The notes under the pieces are model-generated. The model was not told where the DNA came from. It did not search any database and worked only from the letters and a program-made list of their open reading frames with translations. A stretch of 63,914 nt of DNA, filler included, from Dirinaria sp. TL-2023a (lineage: Eukaryota): NCBI GenBank assembly GCA_051941275.1. It is 52 parts of 52 records of this genome, joined end to end, with 100 filler letters (N's around TTAATTAATTAA, not from the genome) between each part and the next. Parts side by side here need not be neighbours in the genome. Positions count along the whole stretch, not along the records: positions 39,791 to 40,916 come from JAVEBF010002974.1; positions 41,017 to 42,139 come from JAVEBF010002975.1; positions 42,240 to 43,360 come from JAVEBF010002976.1; positions 43,461 to 44,579 come from JAVEBF010002977.1; positions 44,680 to 45,797 come from JAVEBF010002978.1; positions 45,898 to 47,015 come from JAVEBF010002979.1; positions 47,116 to 48,233 come from JAVEBF010002980.1; positions 48,334 to 49,449 come from JAVEBF010002981.1; 44 more parts are not named here. One strand, written 5' to 3'. The position numbers and the translations under genes are program-made. This document shows positions 39,791 to 53,179 of this stretch, piece after piece; positions within the stretch are counted from its first letter, which is position 1, and each line of letters begins with the position of its first letter.

Positions 39791-40408
39791 CGAGCGCATA
39801 GAGAACAACACGCGTCAACGTTATTGCTATATCGTCGAAGCGTCAGCTCAGCAGAGAACTGAAGATTGTGATCTGAATCAAAGAAGACGCGAAAGCGAAA
39901 AGAGTACAAAAAATGAGTACAGCAGAGATGATCGCACTGACACAAGAGCTCAACAGCGTCAACACGCTGTCGACGCGCAAGAGTATACTAAGAATTCGAA
40001 GATTCAAGAGCATGATAATTTTTCGCGTCGACTCGAAGACTGTTAGAAAAACGCTGAAATCGAGCGATTATTAAATCAAAGATATGTTCAAAACGGTCAC
40101 TCTGCGTCAGAAACGCGCAGACGTACTGATACACGAAGTACGAGTAAAAAGAATGTCAGCAGATATGACGAAAAGTTCAAAGATTATTGAAAAAATCTGC
40201 GCGAGAACACACTCGAGATTTAAAATGAATAAAACAGAGTGATTTACGAAGAATATCGACAAAAAAGATTATTCGTTTTTGATCGTGTGAGTCACGAGCG
40301 CTGAGATGACAAATCGTCTGATTCAATGAAATATAACGATTGAATTCGACATCAAAACGATTCAGTATTACGACAGAGAGAGCAGACTGAAGCAGTGCTT
40401 GGAGTGTC
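39791..40408 (+). mobile_element. Tad1-like LINE ORF1 fragment
   Basis: VLIHEVRV, YSFLIV*V, ANRL-like, YDRESRLKQCLEC (start of knuckle), cut by an LTR. Confidence 0.75.
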
Positions 40409-40866
40409 TGTCAAAGACCCAATCTTGATTAGATAGATTTCTCAATGGTAAAAGTCCCGACAGCGTCAAAAGACTAACTAAATCAAGTCAAGGGACTTGA
40501 TGTCTATCTTACTACTTAGATGTTTCAGGGTCGTAACACTAGTCGAGTCTCTTTCTGAGCTTCGTCTCGAAGCTCAGCACTCAGAGTGTGAGTAGAAGGT
40601 TCGTCTTAAGTGAAAAGATTAAGTAGTCGTCTCGAGCTTAGATAAGCTCTCAGTTACAAGTTCTCGTCGAAACAATTCTTCAAGCGTTCGAGCGAAATCG
40701 AACTCAGAACTTTGCGATCGAATTGATTTGATTTAATGTCAAAGATTCAATCTTGATTAGATAGATTTCTCAATGATAAAAGTCTCGGCAGCGCCAAAAG
40801 ACTAACTAAACCAAGTCAAGGGACTTGGTGCCTATCTTACTACTTAGGTGTTCCAGGGTCGTAACA
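40409..40866 (-). mobile_element. TRIM-like non-autonomous LTR element: 130-bp LTR, 198-bp non-coding internal region, 130-bp LTR
   Basis: Direct repeats 40409-40538 and 40737-40866 with TG...CA ends; PBS-like sequence after the 5' LTR and purine-rich tract before the 3' LTR; no TSD. Confidence 0.8.
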
Positions 40867-41016
40867 GAGACAATGATGTGATCGCAGCTGCAGTCGACGC
40901 GAACTGAGAACAAGAGNNNNNNNNNNNNNNNNNNNNNNNNNNNNNNNNNNNNNNNNNNNNTTAATTAATTAANNNNNNNNNNNNNNNNNNNNNNNNNNNN
41001 NNNNNNNNNNNNNNNN

Positions 41017-41822
41017 CACTGACTTCACATAAGATTCAACGTTGACGACAAATAAAAACATATATTTCGCAGTGTCGCGCTCAGCGATTAATCACGAAAC
41101 AGCAGTGTGATACACGTCGACGAGTATTAAAAGTCACAAAAAAACAGTCGACGCGAAACTGCGTTCTATACAGAGTAAAGAACTTCGTCAAATCACGAGC
41201 GTTTACAAAACGACATCAACGAAGACATTACAAATGAAAACTAACACGACGTCTATCGACATTCATCTCAAAAAGCTGCTTCAGAGATCAATAACGAACA
41301 TGAACGCAAGAAACTCGAGAAAAACGATCGAAGTAGCAGTGACGCGTATAAAACGTGACATAAACTTCAAAAAAGATCGTAGATCAAAACTCAGAAAAAC
41401 GTCATTGAAATTTAAAAGAAAATGAATGCGTCGAGCATTAAACGAAAAATTCATATCACGTCGACAGATTTATACTGCGACATCGTGAGTGAAGTCTCCG
41501 AAAGTAATTATTCAAAACGAAACACTAGCGATAAGATATTGAAATGAGAATAAATCAAATTCATATTGAAGACTTTACTCAAACGAAAACGATCAAGACA
41601 ATGATGTGATCGCAGTTACAATCGACGCAAACTGAGAGAAGAAAAGACGTTTAGAAAAAATCGACGTAGCGTTGACTTATCACGAAGAGCTCGAGAGTAT
41701 TATTGTTGAGATCGAGCAATTGACAGCTTATTGCGTAAAAAACGACAACTGCGTCGACAGAATATATAGAATTTACTCAGACAGTCAGATCTCGTTGAAA
41801 ATAATGAACACAATGACATTAA
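41017..41822 (+). mobile_element. Tad1-like LINE ORF2 fragment (post-RT region and RNase H)
   Basis: ITSVYKTTSTKTLQMKTNTTSIDIHL; LTYHEELESI, IYSDSQISL RNase H motifs. Confidence 0.8.
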
Positions 41823-42120
41823 TGTCATGAACCAGACCCCTATGGGCCTGATCACATGATTGGGTCACATGATTGCATGGACCCTGGACCCTGAAGCAGA
41901 GTCCCTGGATACCACATGTGTGTGGAAAGGTCTATACCAACTGTTTTGCTAGAGGTGTTGTGTTTTTGCCTGATCAGGTTTAGCGTCCTCGGACCGGTGT
42001 TGTTCCGATCCCACATTTAAACCTACCTGTATTTAGATTTCCTTTTCCTTTTCTTCTTTATAGATAGTGTCCTAGTCTATTCGTACCCATATGCCATTGA
42101 GCGCTGTGCAGGCCCTGACA
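41823..42120 (+). mobile_element. Solo LTR (298 bp) with perfect 5-bp TSD ATTAA
   Basis: TGTCA...TGACA; ATTAA at 41818-41822 and 42121-42125. Confidence 0.95.
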
Positions 42121-44167
42121 ATTAACAGTAGATCAGTCANNNNNNNNNNNNNNNNNNNNNNNNNNNNNNNNNNNNNNNNNNNNTTAATTAATTAANNNNN
42201 NNNNNNNNNNNNNNNNNNNNNNNNNNNNNNNNNNNNNNNGGGTGTTTACCCGACACCCGCACACACGCATATATACCCGGGACCCCCTATTGTATCTAGT
42301 TTTCCTTCTTCTTCTTTCCTTAGTGATAATATCCTTAGTTAACTATACCTGCATTGACTTGCTCTGCACCGGTCCTAACAGCCTTGCGGTCTATGCCATG
42401 CTGAACATCCATATGACAATTGCGACAGCAATATTGCGTGCATTATCTGCCTCATACGTAGGAACCTTGCTCCCCACGTCGACCCTGCCCCAGCCAATCA
42501 GTAGGTTCGGCGTGCTCTGCTCTACCAGAGCCCTACCCCTGTTTCTCGATATTGAGATGGTCCTCTTGAGGTGAGGCAGGCCTCTCAACCCAGGATCGAC
42601 TGAAGTTTGCTCCTTAAGCATGTAGCAACAGCAATAGTTCTGTCTCTATACACACCAACATACGCATCCGTCCTCTCGAGCCATACAGACAGTCTCGTAG
42701 ATAGCAAACTCTATCTTCCGTCACTGCCATTGCATGCTACGCCCCGCGAGAATTACCTCGTTTCGCGTTATCTGTAGAGGTCTCCCTCGAACAGCTGTCA
42801 AAAGCAGCCGATACAGACCGACCATGTCTTGCAAAAGCAGCATATCCACGCTCTTTCCAGCAGTGTAGATATTCAAGCTCTTACTAACCAAACACGCTTC
42901 CCCTATACGTGTAGAACGACATCACGTTCACTGCATGCAACGTCAGGTCTCAGTGCGAGTGAGATAACGTGTAAAACACGCGTAGACGACATCCTCTTTC
43001 GCTGCATATAGCTTCAGGTTCTCAGTGCGAGTGAGATACGCGTATAGATTGTTCCAATCCCTCGTTTGACGCTACCACGAACCCACGTCAAATCTCAGAG
43101 CATAGGACGTGTCCAAGAGTGTCCTGTTCAACGGCTAGGCGATACCACGTCCACTGATTGTATGAGATCAGCTTCGGGCTTCAGTACGAGTGAAGTAGCT
43201 ATTGATCGGATGGCTTTGCTATACGATACCCCTTGTGTACGTGACGGCGACGAGCCTTCACGCGTAGAAGGTTAAGTAAACAATGATTGATTTGAGGTCT
43301 CTCGACTCCCGTACCGCACTCGTCGGTCCTAGAGGTCAATATACACGCTTAATAATGGGTNNNNNNNNNNNNNNNNNNNNNNNNNNNNNNNNNNNNNNNN
43401 NNNNTTAATTAATTAANNNNNNNNNNNNNNNNNNNNNNNNNNNNNNNNNNNNNNNNNNNNGTGTCATCCGGATGGGCGCCAATCCCGTGGATAGCGACAA
43501 TGCTGGAGCAAGGCTGTCAGCGCCGGCGAGATGGAATGCTCGAGAAGGGTATTGGAGTCATACTCCACCGACGGTGTAGGAGTCGCGCCCTGGGCGTTCG
43601 AAGGAGGCTCGTAGAGGACCTTGACCCCGATGTCGTCGTCCGTCACCACTCGCACCTAGATCCCATCAACCGCCGTCTGCCTAGCCTCGGTTGTGCACTT
43701 ACCATGATGAAGCGCAATCTAGGGGCGCCGGCGAGTAAGACCAACACAAGCAACCGTATAAAATTTGTATTGATCTGTAAAGGTTGAGTAGACTTAGATC
43801 AATATCTGGGAAACTAACCAGGTCGAGTTTAGTATCAGTGTGTCACGGTTATGCCACCTTACCTCGGCACTCTTAGCTAATTAGGTATAGCGCCTCGCCT
43901 TAGCTCAGCGAACCCACATACTGGTTCCATTGTACATATCCTCTTCCTCTATAGCTAATATTCTTATTACACCTTCACGTACATCATCCCAGTACCTAGT
44001 GAGTCCCTGACACAGCCTACAGTTAGCGTGGTTGAAGCCGCGTTGGCCTGCCGCTTATTCAAGCCGAAGAACACAGCCTCATTTACTTCTTCGTGGTTAG
44101 CCATTTTTTGGGGACGTCGCTCTCCTTTCTTTTTCACTTTCAGCTCGGACATGTTATAGTCTGTTTC

Positions 44168-44579
44168 ATGACGACGAACATTCCAGTACCTTTTGCCCGT
44201 GAGTCCGAGCTCTACAAACCTCATACAAGTTCCGGTCATCACCCTCCTCCGAGTGTTTCAGGGCATCCACGAGTACCTCTACAAGATGCGAAACGACTTC
44301 GCGCTTTTCTCTATCGGGAATTGTGGGCGGCTGAGCTTGAGCGCATGGCACCGCACTTGTGAATAATGTCAACTCAGTCGAGTACTAACATTTCTTCGCT
44401 ACACCAGCAGAAGGTCAAAGGTCGAGAGATTATTGTGACGGAGGACCCAAGACTACATCTCGTTTGGATACATGATCGAATCTTCATGAAGCCACTGCCA
44501 CAATACTTACTGTCACATCATTTCTGGTCTGAGTTCTTATCGAGAGGAGACTCGATACTTGGAGGTAGCGGTCAAGAAC
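44168..44579 (+). pseudogene. DUF6601-like fungal protein, 5' part, premature TGA at 44360-44362
   Basis: LERMAPHL*IMSTQSSTNISSLHQQKVKGREIIVTEDPRLHLVWIHDRIFMKPLPQYLLSHHFW reads through in one frame. Confidence 0.75.
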
Positions 44580-44679
44580 NNNNNNNNNNNNNNNNNNNNN
44601 NNNNNNNNNNNNNNNNNNNNNNNTTAATTAATTAANNNNNNNNNNNNNNNNNNNNNNNNNNNNNNNNNNNNNNNNNNNN

Positions 44680-45289
44680 TCATCCGCTCCACCAAGTCCC
44701 GGACCCCACATTTTTCCTCCCACCCTAACCCCAGCAACCTACTCAGCGCCTGTTCCACCAACCCCAAAAATTCTCCTACCCTCCCTCTATCCACCTGCTC
44801 GATGCCAAACGTCATCAAACACGCCACATCCGCGGTAATCGCATCATCGATCGTAAACTTGCACCCGGGATCTCCCGGCTGCACCACCTCCCCATTCCCT
44901 TTCCCAGCCCCCGAACCCGCACTTCTGAATCTTGCAAACGACGGTCGACGAGAGCGTGATCCCCGCCGTTCGTCAGTAGTGGGCGTTAGGAAAGGCGGAG
45001 CGGCGGCCGAGAGCCGCGAGGCTTTCATGTCGAGCATCTGCACCAGATGCGAGATCTCCAGGATCCATCTCGATGGGTGCCGCGCTTGTTTGACGAGCTC
45101 GTGCTGCGAGCACGAGAGCGGGGTTCGGAGGGCGGGCCGGTGAAGAAAGGGCATAGCTGGTCTGTGGTGGTCTTTGTCTTTTTCTTTGTCGGAGGAGGAG
45201 GGACTGTTTTTCTGGGAGGTACTGTTATTTTGTTGGTTGGAGCGAGCGAAGAAGGGGAGGAGGCTAAGGAGGTGGGACAGGTTGGTCAT
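44680..45289 (-). CDS. Hypothetical protein, N-terminal part
   Basis: About 200 open codons, GC-rich, runs to contig edge; no recognised motif. Confidence 0.55.
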
Positions 45290-45900
45290 GGTTTTTTTTT
45301 TTCAATACTCTTTGGTTTTTTTCTTTGGTAGAAGTGGAGGGAAGGGGTTTGAAAGGAAAGTATGAATCATTTGGATGGAGACATGGCTATGAGATAGTCA
45401 GTTTCGTCCGTGAATCTTCCTTCCTTCATCTTCAACACACACTGGATGTTCACATGACACCTTTCACACTCATAATCGCAGTCATTTCTTCCCCGTCATC
45501 CCTCCAAAGCAACACTGCGATGAACTACTCCCTTTCCTCAGCCAGCCAGCACAGATCAAAGTCAAAGTCCCGTACTGTATGTTCTGTACATATTCATCAC
45601 GCAAAACCCTTTGATAATGAAATAGCTCTTTCTATGCTTTTTTAATCACATATTTAATTTTAAAATAAAGGGTTTTGGGAGTATGAGTATTCTTATTGTC
45701 TTTGTTTTCCTTTCTTTGTGTGTTGTTTTAAGTTTTCTTGGTTTTTTGGTGGTGGGGGTTCTTGCGCGGGATAGGGATGTTTGGTTTTTTTTTTTTTNNN
45801 NNNNNNNNNNNNNNNNNNNNNNNNNNNNNNNNNNNNNNNNNTTAATTAATTAANNNNNNNNNNNNNNNNNNNNNNNNNNNNNNNNNNNNNNNNNNNNATA

Positions 45901-46474
45901 ATGGCAAACGGGTAAATTCAAAACCCACCACCCCATCCACCTATACATACACATACATCCAAAAACCCAAAATCCTCCCCCATCATGTACTTCAAGATAA
46001 GATGGCTAATTCCCCATCTATATGAATGAGCAGCGCAAGTCTGATAATCGGGCTCGTGTTCATCGTGGTCGCCTGCCTCCTCGCATATTTCTTCGCGCCC
46101 AAGGGGGAGAATCAGACGTATGCCTTTTCTCTCTTTCCCCCCTTCTCTCCACCCCCCCAAAAAAGAGTACAAGCTGACTTTCTGCCCCCACGTTCGCAAA
46201 CAACAAACAGTGTCTGGCGCAGCACTTTGATCCTAAGTTTCACGAGCTGCTACATAATGTGGGGTACGTCCTCCCCCCCCCTACCTTTTCCTTCTTTTGT
46301 CAATCGAGGCCTCGTGTTTGGTCTTGAGGTTGGGTGAGCATGATACATATGAGACTGACGGTATGCGTGTGTGTGTTTTTCGCGCCACGCCAAACAGCAA
46401 TCACGTTCATGGCGCAATGGCACCCGTTGATCAAACCCCTGAATGCGTCCCTTCGGCCGGGGCATGCGCCGTAG
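45901..46474 (+). CDS. VMA9: V-type ATPase subunit e, 4 exons
   Basis: MANG|ASLIIGLVFIVVACLLAYFFAPKGENQT|VWRSTLILSFTSCYIMW|AITFMAQWHPLIKPLNASLRPGHAP* with GT..AG introns. Confidence 0.92.
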
Positions 46475-47115
46475 GCACGCACGATCGTTGGTGGGTGGTG
46501 TGGCCACATTTGTAGGTCAGATACGAGGAGGAGAGAGAGGGGGTTTCGGGTTGAGTTTTTTTCTGATGGCGGCAGGGAAGGGACGGGAGTCTTGTATATT
46601 CAGTCAGAGAGGGCTGCGTTCATGTGGATGGTTTATGGCATATTTTTTTCGGCGTTGTATTATTGAGGGTCGATCAGCATTCATCTTCGGGGGGGGGGGG
46701 AATTTTGTGTACTGAAATATCAGGGCTCCAATCTCGAGCGTGGCTTCTCCGCACTTGGGAGATGGGACAAACGAGGGGGGGCGGATGGGGCAAAAATTCA
46801 TACTCAAACAAGCATTTGTTTTATAGCATGGCCGTTCTATATCGCATCAATGTTGTATGTATCGTGTCAATGTCAATGTTTCTCCCTGGCCAGGACCATC
46901 CATATCGTCTACTACAACAACAGCAACAACAACAACGCTAGAAACGTGAAGGAGAAAAGCACCCTACACCTAGATCCTTCATGCTATGATAACAGCTTTG
47001 CTGCTTACTTTGCTGNNNNNNNNNNNNNNNNNNNNNNNNNNNNNNNNNNNNNNNNNNNNTTAATTAATTAANNNNNNNNNNNNNNNNNNNNNNNNNNNNN
47101 NNNNNNNNNNNNNNN

Positions 47116-47640
47116 AAAAAGCGCTGCGAGACATTGAGTCACGATCAAGAAAGAATATTTTGAAGCTTTACGAAAATCTCACAAAGGCACAAAGCGCGCT
47201 AGCGATGCAGATGAGAATCGACAAGATAAATCTTCGTCAATTTCTACATCGTAGAAAGATGTCAGATTACGATAACTCTATGTGCGAATGCAGAGAAGGG
47301 CATCAAACTGTCAAACACGTGCTATTTGTATGCAGAAAGCATAACGCATTGAGAAGAGGCTTGTGAGATAAGGAGAAAAAAGAGACGACTTGAGAGAAAC
47401 TGAATCTGAAGATACTAACGCAAGCAGCGAGCCTCAAGAAGGCGATTATCTTCATGACGAGTACAGAGCTTCTAGATCAATTTGAGAAGTCAAATATAGA
47501 GGAAAACGATAGAGAGCATGATGCTTAAAGCATCACGTGCATTTGAATCGACAACTTATTGCTGCAGGATGAAGCAAGAGATATAGGATCAGAGACGATA
47601 GTGTCGAATGAAATCACCTCAAAAGAAAAGCAACAAAACA
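47116..47640 (+). mobile_element. LINE ORF2 C-terminus (CCHC finger) and 3' region
   Basis: ALAMQMRIDKINLRQFL...CECREGHQTVKHVLFVC. Confidence 0.85.
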
Positions 47641-47782
47641 GAAAAGCAAATCGTCAGCAGAACTGCGCGATTGCAGAATACACAGCTTCATTTTTGATGA
47701 AGCAGGTGTTGAGGGGCAAGGATGACGCGTTCTGATTGGTCTTGCTCACCGCGAGACGCGGTTTCTCTAGAGAGAGGGATAG

Positions 47783-48006
47783 TGTTACGACCCTGAAACA
47801 TCTAAGTAGTAAGATAGGCACCAAGTCCCTTGACTTGGTTTAGTTAGTCTTTTGGCGCTGCCGGGACTTTTATCATTGGGAAATCTATCTACAGGAAGAC
47901 TCAAATAGGGACCCGGAGCAATATCGGTCCGAGGGGACGCTGGGCCTAATCATGTGACCTGATCATGTGACCTGACCTAAGGTGCTCCAGGTCTAGGTTC
48001 ATGACA
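47783..48006. mobile_element. Chimeric LTR: 130-bp family 5' part (+) fused to the 60418-family (-)
   Basis: Junction at shared AAATCTATCTA (about 47881-47891); preceded by PPT GAGAGAGGGATAG. Confidence 0.75.
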
Positions 48007-48233
48007 TTTTGTTGCTTTTCTTTTGAGGTGGTTTCATCCGACACTATCGCCTCTGATCCTATACCTCTTGCTTCATCCTGCGGTAATAAGTTGCCGGTCC
48101 AAATGCACGTGATACTTTAAGCATCATGCTCTCTATCGTTTTCCTCTATATTTGACTTCTCAAATTGATCTAGAAGCTCTGTACTCGTCATGAAGATAAT
48201 CGCCTTCTTGAGGCTCGCTGCTTGCGTTAGTAT
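48007..48233 (-). repeat. Inverted copy of 47412-47638 (LINE 3' end)
   Basis: 227-bp reverse-complement match with a few transitions. Confidence 0.9.
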
Positions 48234-50760
48234 NNNNNNNNNNNNNNNNNNNNNNNNNNNNNNNNNNNNNNNNNNNNTTAATTAATTAANNNNNNNNNNN
48301 NNNNNNNNNNNNNNNNNNNNNNNNNNNNNNNNNAGAAGCTCGTCGAGCGCGTTACGAAGCAGATATAGGACGTTCCCGACATCCACTAGTTCCCAGTATT
48401 CCAACTGCAAGTACTATAGGGCCATATAACGAAGCGCATCGGCCGTTGAGTCAGAGCCCGCAAACAAGTCAGAACCGGACCACGAACTCTCCCCAGCGCC
48501 ACGAAAACAGACTTCGCAAGTATCTTACCCGCCTGAGCGGTGTTCTCGGTCAGAGGTCGAGCCGTTCTTCTAGCGCCTAATACATTCCTGACGCTGAGAT
48601 CTGGTCATGAAGGGTCAGCATCTCCCCATTTTCAATATAGTTTTCGTTAACCTCGCCCGGGATCTGAATTTGGCATCGTGTGTCTTTGAGGTACTTTATC
48701 TTGATTTCATGGCGTCGATCTATTTGGGCCAGGATTAGTCTAGCATTTTTTAGGTCTTTTCGGACTTACTATCTCGGGACACTTTGACGAAGATCGGCCA
48801 AAGATATCTCTTCATCTAATCTTCTCGAGCAATATCATATCATAGACGCTACGGCAATGTAGACCTGAGTGATCAGATTCCGATGAGAACGTCTGTCACT
48901 TAGTTTCCGCTCCACATTCTGACATGGACTATTTACCTCAGCATAGCAAACGATATCGTGCGCGGTGCTTGGCTTGTACAGCAAAGACAAATAATTTGTT
49001 ATCAAAGTTGACTATTACTTAGCCTCTGTCCTAAGGGGTCACATAGCAATGAGTATCAGTGTTAAGATGTCAGAATCATAATTTTACATGAAAAATTAGA
49101 CAGAGCCAATCTATAAGCAAGGAGCACCTATTCGCATGCAGGAGTTTAGCCGCTTTTAAATTTACTGGTAAATCGTCAGAGCATCAGACGGTGTGTATGC
49201 ACCACGTACGTCACCTCCGCCGCGTGCATTTTCCACGAACACCTAAAATAAACTACTCCCTCGCCCGCCCACTTTCCCTCAATTCCAAGAATGCAGCATA
49301 TCCATATCAAGCCCGGGCTACAAATCCTCAGCACGCTCGCGGAAACTGATCCACGCAGCAAGCGCGTGGTAATGACATACAACATCAAGTTCGCTCATCC
49401 ATATTCCATGCTGCAAGATTACACATAATAACCGACAAATTTCTAGATCNNNNNNNNNNNNNNNNNNNNNNNNNNNNNNNNNNNNNNNNNNNNTTAATTA
49501 ATTAANNNNNNNNNNNNNNNNNNNNNNNNNNNNNNNNNNNNNNNNNNNNTTTACGGGACATTTCGATCTTTCAACATCTCGCGCGTTTTGAAAGTCGATG
49601 AGCAACTTGATGTCAGCAAGCAAGGCAAAGATTCAGGTCAGAATCAAGAGTGAGATTGCGGGAAATTCATAGAAAGCTACCGAAATGAGACAAAAGCAGG
49701 GTGTTACGAAGCATCTGACGCTGAGTGTATACGACTGTGACACTATTGACACTCAGAGACAAGTCGCTGACAACTTTAACTGAAATATGAAAGCTGCGAT
49801 CTTCACGTCTGCAACAGACACGTAAGACTACTCGCTTCTTTAATGACGATTGACTGCTTTCAGTTACTTGACAGAGTGAATTGCAATCGATGCCTGAACT
49901 GCATCCTGATCATTCAGAGACGTTGGGTGAATTGGAAATATTCGCTTTTAGAGCTAGTCATGTCTCTCTGCAAAGTAGCTAAATATATTATGTCGATTAT
50001 ATAGAAAATGGGCTCGGACTTTAATATCAAAGGCTTCATTTCTGAACTTAGCAAGTCACTTGAGCACAATAGGCATCGTTGAAAGTTCAGACGCAGAATC
50101 CTCAAAGAAGCTCAGCTCTAGGCATTTCAACAGAAATCAATGATGAATATATCTACAGTTTGGGGAGCAAACTTTCCATTACAGTAACCTTTCATGCTCA
50201 GAACATCAATAATTCTCCTCTTTTCGAGTAGATTTTCATCTTCATTGACCCCGAATCTCATTATCAACCGAAAAAGAATTCGAACAACAAAGAAAGTCAT
50301 TGAAAGAGTCACGAATGCTGCTTAAAGCGCTATTAACGTATCACACCCTCTAACTCTTTATCATTGTTAGACATTTCTCTATACCGTCGCATGCACAATT
50401 GTGTTACAGACACGATATATCTATCGCATTATATATCTACGGATCGATCGGTTTCTTATTTGATTAGCGTCACTTACTTACGAAATTCAGCGTTTGACAT
50501 ATATATAATATACATACACAAGGTTCGTATCTCCTAGATAGTCACTACGATATGGCATTCAAGCTTTTTTTTGACAATCTTTCATTCACATAACCGCATA
50601 ACACTCGCTATTATTTATAATGTGGAAACTTAGTTCTTATCAACTTCTGTTCCTGCTTCTNNNNNNNNNNNNNNNNNNNNNNNNNNNNNNNNNNNNNNNN
50701 NNNNTTAATTAATTAANNNNNNNNNNNNNNNNNNNNNNNNNNNNNNNNNNNNNNNNNNNN

Positions 50761-51358
50761 CGGCGCAGGGACTACGACAGCGCGCGGCGCTACCACCAGC
50801 ATGGCTCCACCCCGCAGCAAACCTCATCCTCGGACTCGGATCCCGAGGAAGAAGAAATCCCGCGCCCCCCACCACCCAACACCGGCGGAGGGGGCGGATC
50901 AGGGGGCGGATTCCCCTGGTCATTCTTCGGATCCAGGACCCCGAACGCGGCCGAAGAGGAGAGTTTCAGCAACGAGCAGTTCGGCGGCGTGTTCGAAGAG
51001 ATGCTGCGCGAGGAAGGCATGGCCGAGGGCGCGGAGGCGCGGCCCAACAGTAAATTCTGGAGTCTGGTCGGCGGGTTGAGTGGTGGGGCCATGGGGTTTA
51101 TTGTGGCGAATTTCCCGGGTGCGTTGGCCGGTGCGGTGGCGGGGAATCGGTTGGGCGCTGTGAGGGATGCGAGGGGGAAGAGCGTTTATAGTGTTTTTCA
51201 GGAGTAAGTTCCCCCATTTCTCTCTCCTGCAATTTTGTTTGGAGAATGATTCGCTGATGGTGAGGGGTGTGCGTACCAGGCTGCCGCAAGCTGATAAGGC
51301 GAAACTGCTGAGCGAGCTCGCTGCGAAGGTATTCGCGCATGCGGTGGGATCGGCGTGA
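50761..51358 (+). CDS. DnaJ-domain protein, C-terminal part with glycine-zipper-like segment (intron 51204-51279)
   Basis: RRRDYD (J-domain end), FGGVFEEML, GFIVANFPGALAGAVAGNRLGAVRDARGKSVYSVFQE|LPQADKAKLLSELA. Confidence 0.8.
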
Positions 51359-53179
51359 GGGAGATATCCAGCGCTGGCGTTTTTTACTCTCTATCTCTCT
51401 CTCCCTCTCCCCCCCCTTGATGCTGGGTTCCGATATCCCGTTTCTTGATAGCGAATACTGAGTTCGACAATCGAGTTCCCTCTCGTTCCTTTTTTTCCCT
51501 CTCCCCCCTATATCTCTAGCACCGGTTTCCAGGTCCTTGCTACTTTATGTACTGTATGAAACATACTCCTTTCTTGCGTTCGCTGTTATGTAGAGACATC
51601 GACTCTTAGTTTTTTCCCCCCTTATACTACAATTACTCTATGAAATCGTTCCACGAACGAAAGAGCCCTCGAGAATCTCAATTTTTTTTTTCGGATGTCT
51701 ATTATTAATAGAGAACAGGCAGGCAGGCAGGTATATATCAGAACGGACCGAGATTTCTCACCAAAAAAAAAAAAAGAATCTAAATTAGTAGGGTAAAAAG
51801 GGGGGCCATGAAAAGAAAGGATTAAAACATCGATTTGGTAATGTAATGTAGAGTAGAGTAGAGTAGAGTANNNNNNNNNNNNNNNNNNNNNNNNNNNNNN
51901 NNNNNNNNNNNNNNTTAATTAATTAANNNNNNNNNNNNNNNNNNNNNNNNNNNNNNNNNNNNNNNNNNNNGAATTGGGGGGATCATTTCAGATGTGATTT
52001 TCAATTGTTTGAACCAGCTCGTTTCGTCGTTTTTATGCCCGCACAACAGCGTTGAAGGATTTAATCAATTCCATAACAATGCTACATACCTATCTAGCAC
52101 CCACCCCCAAAAAAAAAGAGCAAAAAGAGCAAACATGATGAAATCTATCCATCCATCCCATCATAGCAGCACTATTCCTCTTATTAAACCCGTTCCATCG
52201 CAGCAACATCTTTCCCAGCGCTTTCACGATTCGTGATTTGAATTTTTGTGAAGAGGGTGAGATTGAGATTAGTCGTGTCGTTGAAGGGGAAATACTTCTA
52301 TAAAGCGAGGACCTTGGTAGAGATCAGCTTCAACCTCCTTTTTCATATTCATCCCCGTCACATTTCTGCTTCTAAACATCGATCTCAGATGTTTTCAGTA
52401 TTATTTTTCCGACAGGTCTGAACGGTTTTCAAGATGAAAAAGAGTCGTGAAGATTTATTTACTTTCTTCCTTGAAATTGAGATAGTTGTGAAAGTTAACT
52501 TTAAGCTGGATATGAGTTTTAAGTTTATTGACGCAGATTTAATGTGGAGTGGATGTTTGATGTTTTTTGAAGTGTGTTGAATGAGGAAGATAATTTTTTG
52601 AATTCTCCCAATGGATTTTGCTGTTTTTTGAATTATTTCTTTCGTTTTTGAAGAGCTGACTTAAGATCAAATCTCACATGTAAAAGCTTCGAATTTCTTC
52701 AAAATTCCTCTTGAGCTCTCTTATCGTTTTCATGCTCTACCATAACTGCTTGTTTAAAGTTGAGTTCTTGATAGCTGAAACTTTGCTAAGAACAGTGATA
52801 AAATCTCGATGTAGCTTGATTTCTGCTAACGTTATCAATTAAATACATCTTGATCAAACGAAAAACGAATCAAGTAATGACAAAACAGACAAAAATGAAC
52901 GACAATCTCGAAGCACGCTGATGAGCTTAATGATCTCGATGTAACAATTCTTTTTGTCGAGAAAGATAAATGTTTTTGTGAGGTATTCGATCTTCGATGT
53001 TCTCATTAGCTAATTTAAGCATTTTCGTTTTTCGATATTTTTTCTTCGTAATTTATTCTTTCGATTGCTTGTTTACGAANNNNNNNNNNNNNNNNNNNNN
53101 NNNNNNNNNNNNNNNNNNNNNNNTTAATTAATTAANNNNNNNNNNNNNNNNNNNNNNNNNNNNNNNNNNNNNNNNNNNN

